The notes below the pieces were generated by a model. That model was given only the letters and a program-made list of their open reading frames with translations. It ran no database searches and was not told the DNA's origin. This document shows, in pieces, positions 13,397 to 23,570 of a stretch of DNA of 64,000 bases (position 1 is the stretch's first letter; each line of letters starts with the position of its first letter). The position numbers and the translations under genes are program-made. Origin of the DNA: Xylographa opegraphella (taxonomy: Eukaryota); the NCBI GenBank assembly GCA_022813865.1, contig JALDZX010000008.1, forward strand, positions 62,001 through 126,000. Reading direction: 5' to 3'.

Positions 13397-15467
13397 AAAG
13401 GCGTGGATCGTCTGAGCATTGTTGAGCTGGAATGGTTTAGATATCATGCGGTTGATGGGTGGCTTGACTGGGAGAACTTACTATCGTATATACCTCATGG
13501 GGAGATGAAGAGCAAGCGGGGGCCTTGCAATGCATCGAATGCGTAGCATTAGATGGCCTATTGTTAGTCTTAATACGATCCTTCACTTTCTCCTGCTCGC
13601 ACGTCTCGCAAGCCATATCAGCTCCGCTTAATCTTAAGAGCGATCACGATCGAGAATTGGTTCGTGTGTCTGAAACAGCGTGCTTGGTATCGTACATGGA
13701 TGTCCCTGGGCTACAATACCGAATTGGAATGCCTCTATGCAGAACGTGGAGCGACTTATCAGCCGCTTGGGTAATTCCTACCCATTGGTATCAAGATCCT
13801 GAACCCAGGTACTGCTGTGCGATGCCAGCTCAATCCAGGGTAGGATGAACTCTTGAATCATCGAATTTTACCATATTGAATCGCACGAAGAGGTAAGGGA
13901 CATCTGAGGCCTGTTCACAAGAAAGATCATTATATGCTTCCTTTTCCCATACGACTACTCGGCCAGCCGAGAACACATTCTATCGGGGCCATGCTGTCAA
14001 AGAATGCTGACACCTGATGCTCTCAATAATGCTATCGAGCAGAAATAATCCGAAACGTCCCATACGGTTCAGGATACAGACCGGTACTTGGAGGTACTGA
14101 GGGTAATCTCAGTGGACAGCAAGGGAGCTTTCGATATCGCTCGGGTTTACATACCGATAGCTGGGGGGGTGTCGGTTTTCTGAATACACCGGAAGCGCGT
14201 GCGCACTGAAGATTATATTGAATTAAATTGCTAGTAGGGCTCGCATCCAGGAAGGCGATCCTCTGTCCAACCTATTCCCACTAAGGATCAAACATCTGAA
14301 ATCTTCACCGCCTCAATCAAGCCGCCGATCACCAGGAACGTGGGGTATATCGCAAGTCGCATGTTTGTGTATTTAGTAACCGGTCTCACAGCTATGGCAT
14401 GTACGAGCCTACGAAGGTTCAAAGAACAACTACGCTGGTTGATAGCCTAAGATCTGCACTTTCTTGGGAATCGAAAATGGCCTGAACATACGTAGCAAAG
14501 ACAGACCAGAAGTGTTATAGTCAAGGACCACAGTTGGGTCGATGCTCCTGCGCATTTGACAGCGTCATCAATGTAAAAGGAAACTTGAAATAACCAACGT
14601 TTCCCTAAATAATAGGGTATTCTTAGGCAGCACGATTACAGTGCTATCTGGAGAAATGAAGATTAAGATTTCTTGGGGGGGTTCGGCATTTTAATCCTGA
14701 AGCAGGCAATTAGTATTGACTTGTACTTTCTTGGCTTTTGGGATTGACCTAATAGGTCTTGTCTTGGAAAAAGGAGTGTCATGCAACAGCGGAAGTGCTT
14801 GCAGCGGGCTCTTGATGGTACGGAAAGACTTCGAGCACGAGGCGATCATACGAGGTTGCTGGCCCGCGGTTACGTTGCGGGAATCAGCAGATGGAACTAG
14901 ATACTTTCCATCTGCAAGCATACATACTTGATCCAAACACATGTCAAATCTCCTGACGATATCGTAGCCAAGCATTTAATCAAAGTCAACAAATGTAGGT
15001 CGGAATAGATATACTTGAAGCGTTGCAGAACATTGCATCCATATGTCCTGCCATTATTCCCGCAGTGCTTGCTGTAATCAGAAGTTCAGGACGGAAATGC
15101 TAACAGACACAAGTTCTTGCCTAATATAAAGGGTTGAAAGACTCGACGGTGTTTGCACTCTTTGCACTTCCCCACAATCCACTAGGCTAGTGCCAGACTA
15201 GTGCTTTCGTACTAGTGCATCACGGAGCTTGTTGACACCACGCATTCCTTCCAAGCTTCCCACTTACCTCACTCGTCTTGATAAACCTCAACTCTTCACC
15301 TTACCTACAGAACTATTGTCAGTTGCAACTACAAAGCTCATCAAACCTACCGATTCTATCCATCAAACCCGTCTAACGACCAGCTCAACCTCTCTTCCAC
15401 TTATCAGTAAGTCCTCTCATCCACATCTTATAAACCCCAAAGCTAATTTTGTTCTTTCATTACAGCC

Positions 15468-15644
15468 ATGGGTAACGATATGTCTGCCGCGCGTAATGCT
15501 CGCGTTGAGAAAGCCAAGACCAAGGCCGCAAAAGCCACCAAGATGCGCGCTGTTGCTGCAAAGGCTCGCGCTGGCAGAGGCGGCGGAGCCGTCGGCACGG
15601 CCACCAAGACCAAAACACCTGCCAAGACTACCGCGGAGAAGTGA
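15468..15644 (+). CDS. 58-aa Lys/Ala/Arg-rich micro-protein with an MGxxxS N-terminus
   Basis: MGNDMSAARNARVEKAKTKAAKATKMRAVAAKARAGRGGGAVGTATKTKTPAKTTAEK*. Canonical 5'-UTR intron 15407-15465 (GTAAGT..GCTAAT..CAG) immediately before CCATGG; TATAAA near 15125; C/G-ending codon bias. Confidence 0.65.
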   Translation: MGNDMSAARNARVEKAKTKAAKATKMRAVAAKARAGRGGGAVGTATKTKTPAKTTAEK

Positions 15645-16130
15645 GCAAAAGGAGTCGAGAGTGGGTTGATGAGAGATTCGAGTTTCGGATTCGACTGAGA
15701 TAAGATTCTCAGGCATTCGGAAGGTTGTTCTGGGCATGAGAAGACCAATTTATGGAAGGGGTTGGTGCTTAGGAAAGTTGGGTTTAGGTGCAAGTGCGCT
15801 TGATATGGTGCTTGCTTTAAATGTTACCTTTTACTACGTGGAATATCTCAAACAATGATCGTGCGTGATGCCTATGGTCTGACCAGTCTACGCCTCTGTG
15901 GACATGTGATCCTTGTGATTGTTTCATAGAAGCTCCCCCGTTTACTCCGACAACGATCTCAATCTTACGCACTACCTCGTTTCTTCTCACTCAATAAACA
16001 TGCATGCCTAATGTCTTGCCAAATAATAACAGACTGGGAATTTCCTATGTGATTTCTTGAAGATGACCCCTAATTTTATGTTTTGAGGGCTAATTCAGGA
16101 TGGGTATATAACCCTAATAAGAACTAGTAC

Positions 16131-16316
16131 ATTCATCTAGCAACGAGTTAGCTCAAATGGTAAAGCGTGGCTGCTTCCAGCACCACGACAAATGATCCGA
16201 GGTTCGAATCCCGGTGATGAATTGTAGAAACGACCATCACCTCGAGTGAACTGGTAGCAAAATCACTTATAGTACAGTCGATTTTCATAAGATACCCTCG
16301 GGTATCTGAGCTTTTT
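16131..16316 (+). ncRNA. Pol III-type tRNA-derived element (degenerate tRNA-Gly(TCC)-like head plus a structured 3' extension)
   Basis: TATATAA 16105; A-box TAGCTCAAATGG 16149; B-box GGTTCGAATCC 16201; CTTCCAG loop closed by TGG(C)TG/CACCA; terminal hairpin 16290-16307; T5 run 16312-16316. Not a canonical cloverleaf. Confidence 0.6.
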
Positions 16317-16426
16317 GCTCTTTTGAAGTTCTATTCATCTGAGAAAGAAAACCAAGGTATATATAACACCTTCCCCATGTTAACTGATTCATAACCTAAC
16401 GCTAGAAACCCTTTCAATATACACCA

Positions 16427-17628
16427 TCACTCAGAATCGTAATCAACCAATGGCGGCTTCAAGACATCGACAACCGGAGCTGGGTCCTGCTGTTGCCTTT
16501 TCTCTTCTTCGGCTTCTGTCCGTTTCCTTTTGATGCCAGGCATTGCACCTGTAGAAACGAAGGCTGCTTGGTCGACAAGAAACGGGTCCATGACCGCTCT
16601 TGTATTCTGTTGGAGTTCAAATCGAAGGGCTTCCCGCTGTCGTTCGGCTACTTGCTCGGCCTTCAGCTTCTTTGATTTCTTCCCAGAGCTTACTCTGTCT
16701 TCCACACAGATGGATTCTGTGGGAAACAAAGGCTTCGCTCGAGCTTTGACAATTGCAACCTCACTACCAGCCGCTCCTAGACCCCCGAACTCTACAAAGC
16801 CGGCTCTTCTCCGATCCTCCTCGGTCTCGGGCAATAGTTCTATGCCAAGGCTCATTCTGTCCTTGAGCCCTTCGGTCAGAGCCAGGTTCTTTTCCCTGAC
16901 TTTCCTCTCCACTCTAAAACTCTTACGAAGCCTCCTACTCGCAGCGTACGGGTCATCCCAATCTCTGTCTCCTGCCTCCAGGAGTTCTTCAATCCTCCCC
17001 TTATCCGTCGCCGCCTGCTTCTTGTCTCCAACCTTCACCTCCAGCGCCGCAAAGGCATCATTCTGCAGCCTCTCCCTCTCCTCGTCTGTTCTAAGCACGA
17101 TCTCACCCTCATGCACCTTATCGTCCCCAGTGTCCCTCTTCTTCGCGCCCTCCATCACCACGTACGCAGTATTCTTGGGGTCCGTGCGTATCTCTATCCA
17201 ACCTCCGCAAGCGGTGTGCTTCATACGGAAACTGAATATAGGAGTGCTGTAATAGTTGCCAACCTTCTTCTTCTCCGCATTGAAGCGCACGCCTTGACCG
17301 ATGATGGTAGGTTTAGGGCAGGTCGTGCACCAGATCGGATAAGGCATCTCGAAGCGCACCGTAAGAATGCCTTGGCCGGCTTTACGGGCGCGATTGCCAA
17401 GGGCATGTCTGATCGGTATGAGAATGTGGAATGTACAAGGAGGGGAGCAACTCACTTGCCCGCCAGCTTGTTGGCTGATATGGTGCCTTCATGATCTGGT
17501 GGGACATAACTGTTCCGGCATTAGCTACGCAAGTCGGTGTGAAGTCGGTAGCAAATACCGTCCCATATCTGAGAGAAGTCAGTATATAGTGGACACAGAA
17601 GATGCAACGACATACTGAAACCCTGCAT
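16427..17628 (-). CDS. Saf4/Yju2 (CWC16, CCDC130-like) splicing factor
   Basis: Spliced MQGFNMGRYVPPD start, including a 10-nt micro-exon at 17559-17568; VRFEMPYPIWCTTC, GVRFNAEKK and IRTDPKNTAY motifs. Confidence 0.9.
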
Positions 17629-19087
17629 CTTGCAATGGAGAGCGCCTTTGGCGCAGGATTAGATGTTTCAAGGCGGCCGAACAACACTGCTGACCATCTT
17701 CCTGATAATCGCCGAGCCTACGCTTGATTTACGGGCGAGATCAATGGGTCGAAACCTGGAGGTTATGGGAATGAATGAGTGCGGAGTTAAGGATCAAAAC
17801 TCCATGCCGATTTCGCTAGCGCCATCCCTTTCTAGATGAGATTAGCCCCTTCTGAAATCTTCTGCTTTATGAGAATATCTCTCGAGCTACGGAGCACCGT
17901 CATCCTGTCTCGATAGAACTCTCAAAAGATGACTGCAGAAGTCATAATTCTATTGTCGGAGTGACTACAATCGAGGACACTATACTGTCTCTGACCGTGA
18001 CATAGTCTATTCACTACCGTACATTAGGAGTTGTCCGGCCTTTAGAATTTCCCTAGAATTCCTTTTCGCATTCTCCCCTTCTCTTCCTTTATTCAATGTT
18101 CGAAACTTTTAAGCCTCGAAGAATAGCTTCTTATGTTTACCACCAAATCTTTCTATTAGACAACAAACCGACTTTTTCCTTTCTAACGGTGGCTTTCATA
18201 TGTCCTAACAAGCTGGTCCACTAACTTGAGTAGGAGAAAATCCAGGGAAGGGTTTGTCTCCCGCTATAGAAACGTCTGGTCTCATAGATGCGCGGTATTT
18301 CCAGCTGTACGTGTGTTAGGTCGCCAAGTCCCCCCAGCTCAAGTGCAAGTTCGCGAGATTCGCATTACACGTCGTCAGGAGAATTTCCAGAGATATTTCG
18401 AACCGAGGATGACGATGCTTTAATGAAGAACGGGGTTTGGACATGAAATGCTCTTCGATCAGCTACAGATGCGTGGTAGCTGGGCTAGACTTTTCAGAGC
18501 TTGAGCCGGACGAGGAGATGAATAGACGAAGACCAGTCGGTTAGTATCAGAATATTCGTGTTGCTGTCGGCGGTGTAAATACAATGTTGTCTTGCTTGTC
18601 GGAGCCCCCAGCAGCACGGATACTGTTCCAGTCATCATATTTGCCCCTGTATTGGGTTTGATAAGGCATTCCAGCCTCTGCCAACGGGAACGCAAGTAAT
18701 ACCAACAACCTATGCCGTCTCGGTAACCACGACAAGGCGCTTGAGCTATTGCTTCAACAAAGAGGTTGAGCCATGCCCGAAGTGGCATGTGATAATTACT
18801 GCCAAGCTTGCGTAGCGCTGTATCCTATGTATTAATCATTTCTGATAAGACTTATGTTATCAGGCACCACTACGTAACAATGCTTTGCATTACGAGCAAA
18901 GGGCAATCAATCCGGCAAAAGTATGAGCACGGATAGCTGGCACAATTTAAATCCTTGAGATCTTCAGGGCAAGATGGAGGTTTTCCAGACTACGTGGCGC
19001 AATCTTTCTCGCCTTTCACGAAAAGCACGAACACAACTCTGAACACTTTTCTGATCCTTCAAAAGTCTCTTCCAACGTCCTTCCAGT

Positions 19088-20188
19088 ATGGCCAGGACGA
19101 TCAAAGTAGCTGCAGCCCAGGTCGGCGCCGTTCACGTCGACTCCGATCGCTCAGATACTCTCAAGCGTATGATCAAGCTCTTGGATGAAGCAGCTGGACA
19201 AGGAGCCCAATTGGTCCTCTTTCCGGAGTTGGCTTTCACAACGTTCTTCCCACGGCACCTTTTCAAAGACGATAGCAAACTAGAGGAGTTCTTCGAGCAG
19301 GGCGAAGACATATCAAAATCGGAACATGTGAAACCGCTCTTCGACCAGGCGGACAAGCTGCAAGTGGACATCTCCGTTGGCTTTGCTGAGCGAACCTCAC
19401 GTGGGACTGGTTACAACTCGTGCCTATACTACAGTGCCAAGCGAGGTGAGGTCCTAGCAAGGTACCGCAAGGTGCATCTCCCAGGGACAAAGGAGCCATT
19501 CGAGAATCCGGATGCCGTCCAGCAGCTCGAGAAGAGATATTTCGAGCCGGGCGATTTGGGGTTTAAGTCTTTCCGTGTTCCAGAGCTTATACCGGGAGCA
19601 CTGAAAGGTGACAGCTCCAACATCGACACCGTTGGGAAAGGAGATCCTATTGTTGGCATGATGATATGTAATGACCGCCGTTGGCCGGAAGCCTGGCGCT
19701 GCCATGGTCTACAAGGTGCTGAACTCGTGCTGTGTGGCTACAATACTGCAGGCTGGGCTCCCGACTTGTGGGGAACTAGGAAACCTATGACGAAAGAGCA
19801 GGCGCAGGAGGAAGCTTTGTTTCATCATCGATTGGTAATGCAATCGAACAGTTATATGAACGGATGCTTCTCGATCAGTGCCGCAAGAGCTGGACTTGAC
19901 GACGGCAAATTTGACTTAATAGGGGGAAGTTCTATTGTGAGCCCGGAAGGACATATACTGGTTGAGGCTAAGAGCAAGGACGACGAAGTCATCGTGGCGG
20001 AGATAGACCTCGAGGAGTGTAGGCAAGGGAAGGAGAAGGTTCGTTCCGTTGTCTTCATATTTCTAATGAACCGAAAGTCACTAACAGCTTTCAAGACATT
20101 CGACTTCGGTCGACACCGACGTACAGAAGCGTACAGTCTGATCACCTCACAAACAGGCGTAGTCGAGCCTCCGCTACTCGCGCATTAA
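19088..20188 (+). CDS. N-carbamoyl-D-amino-acid amidohydrolase (D-carbamoylase, nitrilase superfamily)
   Basis: Catalytic triad in FPELAFTTFFPR (E), YRKVHLPG (K) and ICNDRRWPE (C), plus LEKRYFEPGDLGF; these match the D-carbamoylase signature. In-frame 57-nt intron 20039-20095. Confidence 0.9.
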   Translation: MARTIKVAAAQVGAVHVDSDRSDTLKRMIKLLDEAAGQGAQLVLFPELAFTTFFPRHLFKDDSKLEEFFEQGEDISKSEHVKPLFDQADKLQVDISVGFAERTSRGTGYNSCLYYSAKRGEVLARYRKVHLPGTKEPFENPDAVQQLEKRYFEPGDLGFKSFRVPELIPGALKGDSSNIDTVGKGDPIVGMMICNDRRWPEAWRCHGLQGAELVLCGYNTAGWAPDLWGTRKPMTKEQAQEEALFHHRLVMQSNSYMNGCFSISAARAGLDDGKFDLIGGSSIVSPEGHILVEAKSKDDEVIVAEIDLEECRQGKEKVRSVVFIFLMNRKSLTAFKTFDFGRHRRTEAYSLITSQTGVVEPPLLAH

Positions 20189-20239
20189 GCGCAATACACA
20201 ATTTCCAAATTATCTCCAAACCATTACTCGTCCTTCTCA

Positions 20240-21106
20240 TCATACCCAACTCTGCCCTCTTCTCCGCCTTCCCTCTCCCGCACTCGCATACACTCCGCCC
20301 TTCCCCGTCCTCAACCCTTCCCTCACCAACCCAACCAAAAACTGCACCCCAACACCCACACCCTCCACAACCTGCACCCCGTCTCCGACCCTCTTCCCCA
20401 CCTTTTCCCGCAAGCCTACCATCCCCGCACATCCCAAACAAACACAATCCGCCCCACGCCCCACCAACCTCTCCCCGGCATCGCACATTCGCCTCGCCAC
20501 CTCCTCCGACTCTAGCGTCTCCAGCTCCAGTACCCCCATCCCCGTCCCCTCCGCACCTACACTGGACCCGGCCAGGCCGTACCCGCGGATCGCATCCTCG
20601 TGCATCACCACGCTGCGCGCCGCCGTCGCTACGATTCCCAACCGTCCGCCGAGCATGCGCGATGCGTACAGCGCCGCTTCCATGATGCCCACCACCGGCC
20701 CGGAAACCTCTTCCCGCAGCGCGGCGATGAGCGGATGCGCCGAGAAGCACGCGACCAGGAAGGCGTCAAATTTCGGCTTGCCGGTATTGGTACCGGACGC
20801 GCCAGCGGAGAGCTTCGAGCTCTCGGCCTCGTCGTGTAGATATGGTAGCAGAGCGCGGATACATTCCGCGGCGGAGAGCACGCCATCCAGGTGCCCTTCG
20901 ATGGCGGAAGGGGCGGGCGCTGGGGCGGTGAAGCCCGTGACGGTTACGCCCTGGGGGATGGTCGGCGCGAGGGAGGTGAGGCACGCGGTTGTCATGTGGG
21001 GGGTGGAGTTGGGGTTGATGAGCAGGATGGAGATTGGGGGGCGGGAGTCGCCGGTTATGCTAGGGAGGGCGGGGCTGGAGTTTAGGGTGGAGGCGGAGGT
21101 GGACAT
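20240..21106 (-). CDS. Hydantoin racemase (Asp/Glu/hydantoin racemase family, DCG1-like)
   Basis: ILLINPNST..MT, VACFSAHP and LGCAGM (two catalytic Cys), PVVGIMEAA. Confidence 0.9.
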   Translation of the reverse strand: MSTSASTLNSSPALPSITGDSRPPISILLINPNSTPHMTTACLTSLAPTIPQGVTVTGFTAPAPAPSAIEGHLDGVLSAAECIRALLPYLHDEAESSKLSAGASGTNTGKPKFDAFLVACFSAHPLIAALREEVSGPVVGIMEAALYASRMLGGRLGIVATAARSVVMHEDAIRGYGLAGSSVGAEGTGMGVLELETLESEEVARRMCDAGERLVGRGADCVCLGCAGMVGLREKVGKRVGDGVQVVEGVGVGVQFLVGLVREGLRTGKGGVYASAGEGRRRRGQSWV

Positions 21107-21891
21107 GTTGACGTGAGAATTGGGGTCGGTGGGTGAGTGCGCTGTCGGCTTGGTGGGTTGTGGTATGGACTTTGTGAAGAGGGCGGTTGTTGTTGCTTGT
21201 TCGCGCAGCGGAAAACGTTCAGGAGAGTCGTAGATAGGGCATGGTGATCATTACTTCGCATCTTACCCCATCCTTTATCGTGCAGCAGCTAAGGTAGGTG
21301 ATCTTTGCAGCGCTCGTGGGACTATTGCCTGCTACGTACGTGGCCGTTGATCCGGTCTCGTTCTGGAAACTCGTTGCGTGCTGGGCAGTCGGGCTATGAT
21401 ATCATAAGCCTTATCATAAAATACAGCTAGGATACGAGCCTACGGCTTCTCTCAAGAGCGGTTTCACCGGAGGAACCAAGTCCTTCGCTTAATTATGTCG
21501 AGGTGGTTTCTCCGGTCAAACCGGGTATGAATTATGTGTCAAAAAGGGGGTTTTGTGGCCCAGGAATAGGGGCACTATGTGAATATTTTTTTAAAGACGC
21601 CAAGATTTCAATAGAGAGTACCAAGGACAATTGAGAATATGCCCTGATCAGAGAACCATGCTATGCTGCAGAAATCCCAATCCGGGACGCCGGGGATATC
21701 GACCGCGTCAGCAACTTTCGCTGTATACGTCGTCCTACGTCAGAGAGTCCGTTCTTCAGAGCATAAGGGAGATTTCCTCACTGCAGTCACGCTTTCGGAG
21801 AGTACACAATTGGTGCGGCCTGAGGGCCTTCGACGCAGTTAACCAGGGGTCCAGAACAAATTTTCGGGCACCAGGAAAGTAGCAGCTCGTG

Positions 21892-23274
21892 CTATGAATC
21901 GCGCTCTTTGTTGTTACCAGACCTCGTTGTATCCTCGCCAAGGATCCTGTCGAGGAAAGAACTCCCTCTATTGAGGATTCTCACAAGACCCTGAAGTACT
22001 ACCAGACGAATTCTGCTGTACAATCTTTTGGGATGGTATGATGGAAGCAGAGGTTCCAGCCATGAGTGACGAAGTAGTTCTTTTGCTGTAGGTCACTGCT
22101 CGGGGTCAACGTTCAAGATAGTCTCGACAAACTTCCAATCGTATTCGCGGCGGCCATAAAGCTCCTTCAACAGAGAACTCGTAACTATTCTACCATCAGG
22201 TAGACGAGGGGGAACCTTCGAAAATGCTTCCAATTTGAGTTGCATTGCTTTCGGGGCCCGTTCAAGTAACGGCTCGGGAAACGGAAACAGTGCATTCACA
22301 GAACGAAGCCAATTATCCTGACGTTCTTCTTCCGATTCTGTGAGACCGTTGAGTGGTCGAAATAGGATACCCCGAGGACCAAGAAGAAGCGATCCAATCT
22401 GTAGCCCAGTTGAGCGTTATTGAGTAGAAGAAAGAGTGACACAGATGGAAGCACAACATACAATAGCCCCAATAGCCCAGACTTCGACCGCCGTCGTTAG
22501 GGGCATCCCGATCCATGATTCAGAACTTCGCCAAGACAGGTTGTCCTTTTGATCACTCCAGTCATTACCCACGTCAGACGTTGATCCGCTATATAAGTAT
22601 GGACGACTATTATATGTATGGTGTTTCGGCACTTACCAGTTCCGACGTCCGTCAGCTTGACCTCGAGGTCAGGGTTAAATCCATCCGGCAGACGCGTAAA
22701 AACAATATTTTGAGGCTTTATATCTTTAAACTTTAAGCGACATGTTCGGCTTTGTAGTACACGGAGCTCACCTGTGTGTACTATACCACGTTCATGCATG
22801 GAAGCTAGTGCTTGAAGAAGCTGCCGAGCGATAGATTTGACCTGGTTGGATGTAAGAGGACGTTTTGCAACGAAATGCACGTCATCCAGAGACATTTCGC
22901 CATACTCTAGTACAGCTGCATCTATTTGTTCGGGATTTTCTACAAGTCTGATCCGATCAACAAGCTGTCGGATCCCAGGTTGCCCTTTGAATGGGCCGCA
23001 GAGGAGGATAATCTCTTGTTTAAGCTCATGCCTGGTATAGTCCTCGAGTTGTGGGTCGTTTCGTAGCGGAGACTTGATAACCACTTTTTGATCGTCGCTG
23101 GTATATAGTCAGTACAGCCCAAGCAGCTGGAGTAACGAGTTATTGAGTGATGAATTACTTTAGTGACTTTGCAAACCATACATGCGGAGCGGTCTGAACC
23201 TGCTCTATCAATCGGTAACGGCGGCGGGAGACACCGGTCAGTATCGCTGAGGGACGAAATCGGACCAAGGACAT
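21892..23274 (-). pseudogene. Ser/Thr protein kinase, probably disabled
   Basis: Exons give VVIK, HTDIKPQNIV, LTDVG, WRSSES, VEVWAIG, DPEQ*PTAKELLRHSWL. An in-frame TGA at 22093-22095 replaces the conserved subdomain XI Arg. The splice phase after DVG does not fit the WRSSE frame, implying a 1-nt lesion. Confidence 0.7.
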
Positions 23275-23570
23275 GACTCAAATATAGGCTTGTACAGTGG
23301 GCATGTCTTGCTATATAGATTTACGTTCACGGTAAAGCGGTGTCACGGGATTGAGAATGATCAACTGGCCTTATAAGCTAATCTAATATTAAATCCCTAA
23401 AGACATCACAGATGCAGTATTTGGGTAGAAGTATGGATTTTCAATTGGGAGCTCTTCTAAATCCGCCCGAAAGGATGTCTGACATCAGAGCGAGAGTGAC
23501 CCCACAACACACTGTGACAAGGAACTGCTTCCGGAGGGCGCCAGCGTGAGGGATGCGGAAGCAAACGAAA

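Noticed and set aside
16131..16225. Functional canonical tRNA (Gly or Sec)
   Set aside because: The acceptor stem is out of register, stems are bulged, and there is no TCA anticodon.
16214..16241. Hammerhead ribozyme core (TGATGA...GAAA), or a guide for the 18S GCATGGCCGTT region
   Set aside because: Lacks the leading C and stem II of a hammerhead; the rRNA complementarity, judged from memory, has several mismatches.
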